Shown here: piece after piece, positions 23,790 to 36,959 of the stretch
Numbering within the stretch: the first letter of the stretch is position 1
Layout of the letters: the number at the start of each line of letters is the position of its first letter
Source: Camelus ferus
Lineage: Eukaryota
DNA length: 64,000 nt
Direction: 5' to 3'
NCBI RefSeq assembly: GCF_009834535.1
Contig: NC_045696.1
Coordinates: 78,432,001-78,496,000, forward strand
Notes under the pieces: generated by a model
Databases searched by the model: none
Seen by the model: only the letters and a program-made list of their open reading frames with translations
What the model was told of the DNA's origin: nothing
Translations under genes and position numbers: made by a program

Positions 23790-25440
23790 TGTCAAAAAAA
23801 AAAATCAAACTGGACTAATTTCTCACACCATATTCAAAAATAAACTCAAAATGGATTAAAGACTTTATAAATTCTAAAACCATAAAACTTCTAGAGGAAA
23901 ATATAAGCAGTATATTGACATTGGTCTTAGCAATATTTTGGGGGATATGTCTCCTCAGGCAATGGACACAGAAGCAAATACAAACAAATGGACTACAAAC
24001 TACAAAGCTTTTGTACAGCAAAGGAAACTATCAACAAAACAAAACGGTCAACTACTGAATGAGAGAAGATATTTGCAAATTATATATCTAATAGGGATTA
24101 ATATCCAAAATATAGAAAATCAACATCAATAAAAATAAACAACCCAACTAAAAATAGGCAGAGGACCTGAATAGGCATTTTTCCAAAGAAGACATACAGA
24201 CGGCCAACAGGCACATGAAAAAATGCTCAACATCACTAATCATTAGGGAAATGCAAATCAAAACCACAATGAGATATTACTTCACACCTATTAGAATGGC
24301 TATTATCAAAAAGACAACAAATAACAAGTGTTGGCAGGACATGGAGAAAAGGGAACCCTTGTTCACTGTGCTGGGAATGCAAATTGGTGCAGCCAGTATG
24401 GAAAATAGTATGAAGGTTCCTCAAAAAATAAAAAATAGAACTACCATACAATTCAGAAATTCCACTCCTCAGTGTTTATCTGAAGAAAATAAAAACACTC
24501 ATTCTTAAAGATATATGCACCCCAATGTTCACTGAAGCATTATTTACAATAGCTAAGATATGGAAGCAACCTAAGTGCCCATCAATAGACGAATGGTTAA
24601 AGATGGAGATACACATACAATAGAATATTACTCAGTAATAAAAAATAATAAAATCTTGCCATTTGGGACAACATGGATGGACCAAGAGGGTACTATGCTA
24701 AGCAAAATAAGTCAGACAGAGAAAGACATATACCATATGATTTCACTTATATATGGAATCTAAAAATCAAAATAAATGAGCAAACATAACAAAACAGAAA
24801 CAATGTCATAGATATAGAGAACAAGCAGGTGGTTTTTAGAAAGGAGTGGCATGGGGGAATGAGAGAAGCAGCTGGAGAAGATTAAGAGGTTTAAAATTCC
24901 AATTATAAAATAAATGAGTCACAGGTATGAAATGTACTAGACTTATGGTAATCATTTTGTCATGTAGAGAACAATTGAATCATCATGTTGTGTACCAGTG
25001 TTGTAGCTCAATCATACTTTAAAACCAAACACAAAAAGAAATTTATAGAAGAAGAGATCAGATTTGTGGGTACCTGAGGTTAGAGTAGAGGGAGGGGGGT
25101 TTGATGAAGATAGTCAAAAGGTACAAACTTCCAGTTATAAGATGAATAAAGAAAAGGGATGTAAGGTACAACATGATTAATATAATTAGCACTGCTGTAT
25201 GTTATATATGAAAGTCATTAAGAGAGTAAATCCTAGGATTTCTCATCACAAAATAAAACTCTGTTTTTCCTTTTCTTTTCTTTTGTATCTATATGAGACG
25301 ATGGATGTTCACTAAACTTACTGTGGTGAACATTTCATGATACATGTAAGTTAAATCATTATCCTGTGCACCTTAAACTGATACATTGCTGTAAATCAAT
25401 TATATCTCAATAAAACTGGAAGAAAAAAGTGAAAAAAAAT
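23790..25440 (+). mobile_element. L1MA-type 3' fragment (ORF2 C-terminus plus 3' UTR)
   Basis: Frames [21 protein letters not shown].. and ..ILPFGTTWMDQEGTMLSKISQ; ends tatctcaataaaactggaagaaaaaa. Confidence 0.95.
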
Positions 25441-25459
25441 TAGATTTAAAAGAGTTTAG

Positions 25460-25850
25460 AAAGGGCCTGTGGCCCCCATTTCTGAGAGTGCTGCTAGCAA
25501 ACAGCCTTCAGCTGTCAGTCCCTTCAAAGGTTAGACTTAAAGGTAGAGAATCACGTAGCCCACAGGGATATCCTGGGTGTCCCACGTCAAATGACAGACT
25601 TAACATGGACAAAAAAGTTTTGCTCTTTTAGGCCTGACTCAGGAAAACTCTCCAGGGCTGTTCTAGCTCCAGATCTCCCTGTGGTGTTGGCAACAACTGC
25701 TGTTGGGACTATAGAGTAGTAACTTCTTTGGCCCACTCCTGCTTCCTTTTCTCCCTTTCACAGGTGTTGAACCTCAGGGCACTCCTTTCTAAACATCATG
25801 TACCCTAAACTGTGCTGGAGTCAGCTTTGGGAGGAGGTCAACCTGTGACA
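25460..25850 (+). mobile_element. Old ERVL-type LTR
   Basis: cagccttcagctgtcagtccctt..cctttcacaggtgttga..aacctgtgaca; similar to 48096-48445. Confidence 0.6.
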
Positions 25851-26420
25851 AAGAATCAGTGATAATATATGGAAAGGCCTAATAACTAATTCATCATCCA
25901 GTAAGTACACGAAGGCTGCTATGGTTAACCTCAAACAATGATTTTAAACTATAAACTTCCATAATGGGGAATAATTACTGCAGCTACAAAGGCAGTAAAG
26001 ATACTGATATGTTATCAGAAACAAAATTAGTTTAATAGCTTTGATAATTAATAGGATAATTCAGGCTAGATATAGATTACAGAGAACTAGGGTAGTCATA
26101 TGAAATAGGTCAAAAGATACTTTTCCATAAAATGCCTACACAACTGAAGCAGGACTTTTTCTTGGATGGTTATGAATTGCCTTATATTTTTCTTTGTTTT
26201 CAAAATATAAATATAGTCTAAGATGGCAAACTTTGATGAAACAATTTGTTGGGTTCTCCAATGGTGTCTATTTCACAGTGAGTTGATTATGTTTTGTAAC
26301 AAAATGCTTAAGGAAAATTTGTGATTAAAGGTTTAAAAAAATGGCACAATGGAAGCTTGACAAAATAGACTTAAACTGATACATAATAATTCCTGATATG
26401 TTAATAAGAAATCTTATTAC

Positions 26421-26649
26421 TGAAACAAGAAAAGACTTGATGGGTATCATCAGTTAATAAGATAGCATACATAGTGTTAAAATGTAATGTTCTTATACCA
26501 AACTGTTTCAGGCAATGCTGGACAGTAATTAACAAGTCATGTTTAGATGTACTACACTGAAACAAACTAACAGACAAAAAACAGTTAATCACCATAATAT
26601 TAGAGCAACTAAGTAATCCTTTGAGATTTATCCTTTTTCTTACCAATAT
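26421..26649 (-). pseudogene. PCNX-like exon remnant (TM region)
   Basis: Acceptor tttttactatcctag, open frame ILVRKR..MVINCFLSVSLFQCSTS..FGIRTLHFNTMYAILL.. versus PCNX4 WMTLCIAEYSLIVNTAT..YEIIPLMRPLYIFF. Phase-1 donor gtaata matches the next exon. Confidence 0.65.
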
Positions 26650-27789
26650 CTAGGATAGTAAAAACAGGAAGAATTGTATATCTATGAAATACCCATCATT
26701 CTTCAAATCTCATTTTGTCCAGTCCTAGATTCATTAACGAAGTAGGAAGCAACTACTCTTGGTTTTAACTTTTCTAACTTTTCCCATGTTGACAGTCAAA
26801 AAGATTCCACAAATTAATTACTAATAGATGTGGCTAACGTTTACTGAGTCCTAATATGTGCCAGATGCTATGCTAAAATCCTTATTTGTGTTATCTCATT
26901 TTTAACCCTAGCAAATACACTATTAGGCAAGGACTGTGATTACTGCCGCTTTTAATAATTGAAAAAATGAAAAATAGAAAGATCAACTAATTTCCCAATT
27001 GGCATAGGCAGAATTTGAACATCTCTTACATGTAATTAGAGAATTTAAAACCTAAGGCAAATTAGATGAACATAGCATCTTGTTTAACCTTCACAATATG
27101 CAAATCTATTAAATATATTAACATGAATTAGTCTTAATGTCACATGAAAAAGAGTAAATCCTTCTGGAAAGCAGTAATAGTTTAGAATTATCCATTCATT
27201 CTATCCTATGAATTACAGAGTTATTTTTTTCATAGTCCTAACATCCACATATAAATTTTCCATTTTATTCCTTTCTTTAGTCTAATTCAGAGTCCATGCC
27301 ATAAAATTTCTGTACACCATTATCTACAGGAGTTAGGTATATCAAAATTTACAGCCCATTAAGAGATTTTTCAAGGGTAATCATGGATGATAAGCAATTT
27401 TCACTCCCTCTCCCATATTCAATAAGATTTAATTTCATTGTTTCATATCTTGTATTTTATTTACAGCACTTACCTCAATAAGTAATTATACATTTAGTTT
27501 TGGGTCATTTGTTTAATGTTTGTCTCCATACAATACTGTAAACTTCATAAAAGAACAAACCCTGCTGGTTTTGTTTACATTGTATCCTCAACGGTTGGCA
27601 TGGGATTGCACCAAGTAGGAGAACAATAATTACTGTTGAATGCAGGAATAAAACTCAGCAGGGAAGGGGGTATTCACATTGTAACTCAGCTGAAATCAGC
27701 CTGAATAACTGAGAATTCACTTTGCACATGATAAAGATCAATATGTATTATGATACAATTTAAAATAATATATTGTTCTTAATAAATGT

Positions 27790-29230
27790 AGATACAGACT
27801 TTGATACTGAAAACTTACAAGAGAAAAACAGTGAAATTAAATTAAAATTCAAATGGAAATTCAGCAGACCTAGAGTAGTCAAAAAAATCATGAAAAGAAA
27901 GGATAAGTTTGTAGGATTCACACTTCTCAATGTCAAAACTAACTGCAAAGTTACAATAATCAAGACTGTACTGGTGTATGGATAGATGTATGAATTAATG
28001 GAATGGAATTGAAAGTCCAGAAATAATCCATACAGTTATGGTCAGTTAATTTTCGATGAGGATGCCAAGACAATGCAATAGGGAAAAAAATAGTCTTTTC
28101 AATAAGTTGTGCTGGGACAACTGGTTATCCAGATGCAAAAGAATGAAGTTGGACCTCTACCTTATGCAACATACACATATTAACTCAATTTGGATTATAG
28201 ACCTAACTGCTAGAACTGAAACTACAAGACTCTTAAAACAAACTATAGAAATAAATCTCCATGACCTTGGATTAGGCAATAGTTTTTAAAATACAATACC
28301 AAAAGCACAAGTGACCAAAAAAAAAAAAAAAAGAAAGAAAAAAGAAAAAAATTGAATATATCAAAATAAAAACGCTTTCGTACTACAAACAATACCATGA
28401 AGAAAGTGGAAAGACAACTCGTGAAGTGGGAAAATAAATTTGTAAATTATATATCTGATATGGGATGTACTAGTCTGCTACAGCTGCTAAAACAAGATAC
28501 CATAGACTAGGCAGCTTAAACAACAGAAATTTATTTCTCACAGTTCTGGAAGCTAGAAGCCCAAGATCAAGGTACCAGTACTTGGTATTTCCTGAGATCT
28601 CTCTCCTTGGCTTGCCCACTTCTCACTGTACCCTCACATCTTTCCTTGGCACATGCAACTAAAGAGACTGAAAGAGAGAGGAAGCAAGCATCCTCGGTGA
28701 CTCTCCCTCATATATAAGGACACTGGTCGTAAGATTATGACCCACCCATGTGACCTCATTTAACCTTAATTACCATTTAGAGGATCTGAATCAGTATCTC
28801 TCCAAAGAAAATATACAAAAGACCAATAAGCCCATTAAAAAAAATGCTTGATATCATTAACTATTGTGAAAATCCAAGTCAAAAATCACTATGAAGTAGC
28901 ACTTCACACTTTCATACTCACTAGTATGGCTATAATAAACAAGACATACAATAACAACTGTTGGTGAGGACGTAGAGAAATTGGTATTTCCATACATTAA
29001 TGTAATGTAAATAGTACAATCACTTTTGAACACAACTTGGCAGCTCCTTAAAACATCAGACAGACCTATTATATGATCCAACAATTCCACTCCTAGGTAT
29101 ATTGAAAATAAAGATAAATAAAAATATATATCCATCTAAAAATGTGTGCACAAATGTTCATATGTCCACACAAAAGTTTTTCCATGAATGTTAATAACAG
29201 CCAAAAGTGAAAACATTCCAAATATCTACC
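27790..29230 (+). mobile_element. L1 ORF2 3' fragment interrupted by MLT1A (-) at about 28466-28775
   Basis: Frames ..KNSLFNKLCWDNWLSRCKRMKLDLYL..; MLT text aaacaacagaaatttatttctcacagttctggaagctagaag. Confidence 0.9.
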
Positions 29231-32200
29231 TACAAATTGTATCAACAGCAAAAAGAAAACAGTAAGCTTTGATCTTCTTTAGGCAAATAATTTCAGTTCA
29301 AACATACTTCACAAAGTCTCAGAGTTGGATGGATTCCTACAAGTCATTACCTGCTTCCCCAGTTGAGCTCACAGGATTTAATTAATAGAACAATTGTTTA
29401 AAAAACTATGTCTAGGCAAGAATCTAGATCTAGAAATGTCATGACTCCATAGTTGTCCAAAAAGTACACTGAATCCCATATTCTACAACCATTCTACCCT
29501 TCTGCTTTGAGACAACCCCTAAAAAGTTAAAAAAAGAGAAAACGACAGAGAGATAGTAGTGATAACACGGATATCGCATGCACAGCTATTTTTTCTCCAT
29601 TAGATGGAGAAATGCCAATTTTTAAGAATTAGATTATTCTCAGAAAATAAAAATGTTTCAGGAAATAATACACATATACTCAAACAACTAGGCACACTAT
29701 TACAGTACATTTAAATAATCACATTAAAAATGCTGGGCTAGCAATTTCAGCTTTTAAATTAAATGATTAGAGAAAGCTCTTCCCCTAGTGTTAGAAAAAT
29801 CTATTATTCATTTATTTATAAATTCATTGTTTAATTTTTCCATGTTGTAAATTTCCTCATAAGAACATTCATTTTCCATAGATTATAATTCTGGTTTTCT
29901 AATAAGCAATAAAACTCCAAATCAAGAGAGTAAAAATATTAAGGAATCAGTATCTTAACCACGTTAAGACTATCAGATACTCACTACCCTGATTTCTCAA
30001 CAACTCAAATATCATTAAATTGCTGTGTTAATAAAAATAATGAAAAATAAAGATCTTTTTAAAATCAAAACTTTAAATTGGATAGGAGATGCATGGGAAG
30101 AACCACAGTTTCTAGCATTTGCCAGCCTCTATGCAGAGCATATTTGTCTATGATGGTAAAATTTAAGGACAGAAAAGATACCCTCGGTTTGCAACCAACC
30201 AATGACTCTGAAAGAGAATTGTTATCAGACTCCAGCAATTGAACACCCATACATGTAGAAAACTACTCATTTTCTTTTATTTCATTCTAGTATTTTCTCT
30301 ATTGTCTCCCATTCCTCATCCTATATATTAACAGGGCTAACATATAAATAATAAACATGGCAGAAGATTATAATAATATACAGATTGGGCTTTATAAAAT
30401 CAATAATTTTATTTTATAAAACCATAAGTTTTGTCTAGTCCTTCTAAAACTAAAGAGAGAATAAAGTAAAGTTGTTAATGTCATTTGACATGATTTACTG
30501 AGTACATACTAGAGCAGTTACATTGGGCAGAAGGTTGTCATTCTCTGAAATTAACCTGTTTGTCATCAAACATTAAATATACCTAAAATTCTCATAAAAT
30601 CAACTTTTTTTTCATATAACTCTGCTTTGAAAAGGAAGGAAATGAATCCGCAACTACTAAAAACTGGGCTTCCTGCTACTCTGGAGCTTGAACTTCTCAT
30701 ATTCTCTCCAGTTGCTCAGCAACTGTAATTGTATTAGAATCATTATATTAACATTAGATACTTCCAAGCTTTATTTTTCCTCCTTATAAAAGGAAAGCTA
30801 TTGTTAAACCAAATAATTTCTTTGAGGATAAAGGTAGCAGCATTTTGAATCTGAATGGGCTCAAGTGTATCTTTCAACTTGCACAATTCAAATCCCTCCT
30901 ATGCAGATATAAAAGCATCCAGTTGGATTATGTACTTTTGTGCCTCAGTTGATAAGAGCTGGAAAAATTCAGGACTAGTATAAATCCTTTTTCAAAGCAA
31001 CAAAACAGTCTTAGTTGGTATAATTATTTAAATTATGCTCTCTTTATAAGAAAGCTAGCCATAGAAATAAATTTGTTATAAATCAAGTTTTTAAAAATAC
31101 TTAGATTTTATTTTATTTTTTGTTGTTCTGTTTTATAATTGGAACGGACTATCTACACTTATTGGTTAAATGTTGTACAATACAGCCAGTGCTTCTGGAT
31201 GACTTCAGAACTGTAACTTACTACTACTCAGAACTGCCAATAAACAAATGATTTGACCAGAGCTTTGGTGGTGACTTGTGGCTTATTCTCAGAGTTTACC
31301 AAGATCATAGTAGGATATCCACCCTGTATTATTGGCCAGTAAGTGTTTTCTGAATCAAAATGAATAAAATAATCTATAAAATATACTGTAAAAACCTATT
31401 ATTAAATAACCCAAAGGAACCCAATTCTGGCCAGAGGTTATTTACCATGACTAGTCTCTAACTGGCTTGTATTGTTAACAAATAAAAGCCATTTCAATTC
31501 AGTTTTTATATATGAAAACCAATAGAAAGGATTTCATTAAAAAGAAACAAATTATCAGATGATACATATGATTATTATAATAAATCATCTTATAGCAATA
31601 GAAATAAATTATTCTATTCTCATAAGAGAAAAGAATATGGCAAGATAAAATAAATTGGGCTACTCTTTATTTCTCTAAAAACTTACATCCATCATGAGGC
31701 ACTAAGTGCTTATGTACTTAAGGACACTGTTATCCTTGTAAACACCTTATAAGTGCATTGGTTCCATTGACTCAAGATGAACCATCATATTTCAATGCTT
31801 ATGACACATTTTGTCATGTAAAGATAAAGTAACTATTTTTATCTTACATAAATCAATCCAAATCTCTGCTAAGTTTAAAAAATGCATTGGCAAACCCTTT
31901 AAACTGACAATTTAAACTGGAAGATATTTATACTGTAGACAGAGAGGACTTATTTTATCAAGGCCAACTCAAAATGAATATTCTAGCTATGCTTGCTGTT
32001 ATCTCTTACTCCCTGGAAGTAGGTATCATCTTATTCTTAACTGTCAGATTTTGTTTTTAACTTGCAATTTTAGCTGGTTTTTTTTTTTTTTTTTGAAGAG
32101 GTAATCTCAAACAAAGATAACTGATTTGAGGCATCAGTTAAAGCTATAATATAATACAAAGGCAAGATTGTGAAAGATCCTAAAATTTGGGGGAAACTGA

Positions 32201-32238
32201 AAAATTATACCAGAAATGGAGCTAGCTTTCTTTTTTCA

Positions 32239-32656
32239 AAAATGATAAGGGACAAAACAAGATTATGGAAGAGTGGTAAGAGTCAAACCAAGCACAGGCC
32301 AGCTGCTATGTATGAAATTACGTATGTCTGAAAGGAAATTACTACAAGGGATGAACAGTGAGCAATTAGAAAATGTAGTAGAAAAAAATTTGATAGGAAT
32401 TGTACTGACTCTGGGGATCACTTTGAGTAGTATTGCCATCTCGACTACGCTGAATCTGCTAATCCCTGAAGGCTATCTTTCCACTGTCTTAGGTCTTCTT
32501 TAATCTCTTGCAGCAATGTTTTGTAGTTTTCAGTGTACAAGTCTTTATCCCCTTGAATAAATTAATTGGTGGATATTTTAAAAATGATAAGAAGGTACAA
32601 AAAAAGATTATGGAAGCGTGGTAAGAGTCAAACTAAGTACAGGCCGTTTGCTATGT
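32239..32656 (+). repeat. About 75-bp imperfect direct repeat (32239-32311 and 32581-32656) flanking an antisense L1 fragment
   Basis: aaaatgataag..aagattatggaag(a/c)gtggtaagagtcaaac..caggcc..tgctatgt occurs twice. Confidence 0.9.
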
Positions 32657-35600
32657 TAGATAGGTTACCTTTGGATGGGTGTTTCAAAATGGGGCCAGAG
32701 GACAGTGTTGGGTGGGGCTGTACCACCACATGAGTATGGCCAAAAAGGGACTGAACAAATGACAAGAGAATTGCCACACAAGATGGGTCATTCATCAGCC
32801 ATCTAAGCAATAGAAAAATGGGAAAAACAGAATTCTTAGCCCTAAAGTTTGATTTGGTCCTGGGAACACTAGGCTAATACAACAGGATTCTCGAGAGAAT
32901 ATTTTTGAATGTGACAAAGGAGCAGCTTTTGGAAGAAATGGCTCTTACGCTGCCTATGGGCTTAGGTGTTTTTCAAATGCATGCAGTTAAGGTATATGGA
33001 TTCTGTAAACTTTTCTAATGTAGATGCTCTCTTGATGGTCTCTGTCTAAGACTTCTCAATGTCAAAATCTGAATAGGTGCATTCTCCCATTCTTCAAATG
33101 GAGCAAGAGCTGAGAGGACAATCTGAGCTCTGAGCTTCTCTTCATCACTATTATTTATCTTTGTGTCATTCAGGATCCCGGCAGACAGCACACACAAAGG
33201 AGTTAATTGACAGTTTAATTAACAGATGATCTACAGAAGTATGGTCAGGGCTATGGGACCCAACAGGGGATGGTGAGGCATCCAGGATCCAGCAGCAGTA
33301 GGAAGTTCTTACCACCCCTAAGCCTAACAGGACAAGAGGGGAGAGCAGCAATATTAGAACTCAGTGAGAACCAGAACCTGAGCAGTAGAAGTAGAAAGAC
33401 TATACCATGAATTGAGGAGTAAAAGTAGAGACTCCCCAGATCAATCAGGCTTATAAAAGAGAAAGAGAAGCAATAATTACAATAAGAAAAATACCTTTCA
33501 AATCAATCCTCGATTTGTTAAACTGTTTATTTAATACGCCAATGTGTTCATGAGTAATTTCTTCAGATGTTCCCTTACTTGTAGAAAAATCTTTCCCTAG
33601 TTCCATCAGTATTTCATTTGTATGTATATCAAAGCTTGTACTATTGCAAGATTAAAAAAAAAACTATGGACATATCAATATCCTCATGTGTATGATATAT
33701 ATTCTTCATGGGATTTTGGAAAATATGACATTAAATACAAATCTTTTAAGAAACAGTAAGCTTGGTTTTAAAGCCACTTATGCATGCTCTACTGAGGGCA
33801 AGAATCTTGGTTCTGTTCACTGAAATATCTTGTGCCTCATTCAGTACCTGGCACATATGAGGTGTTCAATAAGTATTAGTTGAATGAAATATAAATGATG
33901 ACTATTTTGCTCTCTGTATTTTTACAATAGCCCATAATATTTCTATTACTTTCTTTTTACTTCAGATACTACTTTCAAGCCAGATAAGACATCGCTGTGT
34001 GCTGTCTACTACTTGGATTTCTCATGGTCATTCTCTGTGCCACTGTCTAATTTCAACACCAGTGTAAAATAAAAGAATTTTCTACTCATGTTTATTTTGT
34101 CTCCTACATACAATGGACTGCTGAATCATCATTTCCTATTCCATAACATGTGTCTTATGTGCTTTTCTCACCTTCTCCCAACCCCAAAGTCTTTATCACA
34201 AACTCAGTTAATTGTTTTTTAGACAACTGAAAAGTTCTTTATGTCGATTGCTTAGTTTCTATGCAACGTCTAAGTCTTTTTTATAATTTTAAAAATCATT
34301 TTACATTTCTTTCATTTTGATTCTGTCTTATAATGACTTACATCATCATAAATTCCTAAATATTACCTACAAAGTATTTGAATAGCCACTTATAAAAATA
34401 TGCTACACTAAACACAGGAATATGTTGAATAAGCTAGTCCTGGTTAAACAGAATACTTTTAGAAGTGGACAACAATGAATGAAAAGAATATAAACCTTAT
34501 TTTAATTTTTCCAAAACCTAATTGTAAATTATAGCACATGAAAACAACAGAACTACATTATTAATTACTTATGGCTTGACAATAGGTTTTTTTTTTATTG
34601 GTTTGCTTGCTTTTAGTTTTATTCCTAGAATTAATTAATAAGGAGTTTATACGATGTCCTAATTCTTCAATGGATGAAGTTATTGACAACTGATAAGTAA
34701 ATATCATACTCATATGAATATGAGTATTCTAATAAAGACATCATTTGAAAAATAAATTCATTTACTTTAAAGAATTATCTCATGAAATCTTAATTCCCTT
34801 TCCTTAAATCATAAACAGGTTAATGTTACTTTTGATCCAAAAATAACTGACAGGTTTTTTGTTTGTTTTTGTTTTTTTAAGTTTCAGTATTTGGGCCCAG
34901 TGCTAACATCTGCAAGTCTTGGAACAAGAGTATAAACAGAGACCCCAGCCCTCAGCTGCACCCCATTCTCTTCCCAGACAGCCTCCACCAGGAAAATCAG
35001 AAGCCTAGTGCATGTGTGGAGACCATCAGCTGCATCTGAGCCCTGTTGGCCCCTCCTTGCCCGTGCCCACGTTCCCCAGGACAGATTCTGAAAGAGACCT
35101 GTGCAAGGCCAGGAAGCAGAACAGGTGTATATTTGGGGCAGAGGATCCCTGGCTCCCTGCCACGAACATTATGGAATTGGGAAGGGGGAATATTAGGGAG
35201 ATAGACTTGGGCTCCTGTTGGGCATGACCCTCTGGGAGAAGTGTGGTGGGAGGAGGGTCAGAGAAAGGCCTGGAAAGAATGTAAGCCAAGACAGTATACC
35301 AGTTATCCAGGTCTAAGTTGGGGGTAGAGGGACAATGACTGCATTTCATGAGAATTTTTCATGGAAAGGGTCCAAAATATTACAAAAATCAAAAAACACT
35401 CTGAAAACTTGTGAAGTTCTTTACCCTATGCAGGAAATTTTCTGGGATGCAGTAGAAGTAATAACTCTTACTTCAACACACTATTCTTTTGAAACTGCAC
35501 TTTCCCACAGTAACTACTCCAAAGCTAATAAATCCTAAAGTCAAACTCCAAAACTCAAAACATGAACTAAGTATACTTTATATTTTCCTATAATGTATTT

Positions 35601-35857
35601 TTGTTTCTGTGTACACTGTATCTCACCAATGTCTACCAGGAAACAAGTTAAGTAAATATAAAATTGAAATAAATAATAAAAAAAACGGACAACATGTCCT
35701 TGATTCTAAATAAATGACTAACATTCTTTGTAGTATCTACTGGGTTTATATTGTTGCATTGGGATATTAATAACTTACAAATTTTTACTTTTCTGCATGG
35801 GGTGATACTTACAGAAAACTATTTCAACAAGACACAAGACAACGCTCTCTTACTTAC

Positions 35858-36568
35858 ACACACTTTTGACAAATTATTGTTTTTAATAAACCACATAATG
35901 GAGAAGAGGAAAAGAAATCAGGTCAGATGAAGCCTGCCATATTGGCTTCACCCAAATCATCAATTTTCTAATAAGCCAAAGTATCAATATTAGAAACAGA
36001 ACCAAAGGGGGAGATTTCCAGGATCTAGACCCTTTACAAGGCCACAACTCTCTACCAGGGAACGGGCCCAAGTCTCCACAGCTGCCAGGAAATCCCACTC
36101 CGCTCCTGTAGGAACGTATAAAATTGTCATACAGACTCCTCGCTTGAATACAGTGAAAGAGAGCAGTCCCTAGTTTTTAGGGATGTCAAAGATCTCCTTT
36201 CTCCTCCAGGCCCACTCATGCTGTGAAGGAGACATGTCAGAGGTTCCACTCAGTGTGACAAGATCCCATTGTCCTGTATGCACTATCTAATGCTTCCTGA
36301 GTTAGACATGGGGGCCAGCATTTCACAGCAGGACCTTTGTGACAGCAGATCCCAAAGGTTGCACCTCTAACTCTGTTCAGCTTCCACACACTCTCGCCGT
36401 GGCAGCTTTCAGCAACAGCTTCCATGGTTCACTTCTCTCAGCATCTGTTGCTAAGTTGGCTATTCCCTGTGCTTGTTCCTATAATACGGGCCGCTAGTGG
36501 AAAGCAGTTTGCCGAAGCCATCTCTGTGGTTTTCATCCACCTTTTGCATTTCTGGTCCTGCTCACCTC
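35858..36568 (-). pseudogene. PCNX-like exon remnant(s): linker plus TM segment
   Basis: Acceptor gtttttag before 36568 and donor gtaagt after 35858. Distal frame GFPGSCG..ELWPCK..PLVLFLILILWL resembles PCNX4 EFTSC..FLIPGKK followed by a TM. May be two exons (internal acceptor ttcctacag near 36107). Confidence 0.5.
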
Positions 36569-36754
36569 CTAAAAACATCTTCTAGATTTTGACCTTTAAA
36601 TCAATTAATGAGTTCCCAGTTAACCCTCAGCACCATCTCTAGAAGGCATTTCACAACAGAATTCCAAGTGAAAGCTACAGATGTAGTTAGGATGCTTCAT
36701 ATATGTCTGAAATAATTGCATTTTAAAAGAATTTATTAAAAATCTTTCTTATTG

Positions 36755-36838
36755 GGGGAAAGGGGATGGGAAGGGATAAAATTTGGGAGTTTGAGATTTG
36801 CGAATGTTAGCTATTTACACACAAATAGATTATACATC

Positions 36839-36889
<51 letters not shown>

Positions 36890-36955
36890 GACTGCAACAT
36901 TGTGCTGTAACCAGAAATTGACACATTGTAACTGACTATACTTCAATTAAAAAAC
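36755..36955 (+). mobile_element. Camelid-type truncated L1 3' tail containing (CA)n
   Basis: gggaagggataaaatttgggagtttgagatttgc..ccagaaattgacacattgtaactgactatacttcaattaaaaaa. Confidence 0.85.
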
Positions 36956-36959
36956 AAAA

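Noticed and set aside
23815..24763. Several 60-97 aa ORFs
   Set aside because: Fragments of L1 ORF2 or its antisense strand.
30065..30250. Minus-strand ORF inside the large intron, considered as an extra PCNX-like exon
   Set aside because: No convincing acceptor or motif, and the flanking exons join without a homology gap.
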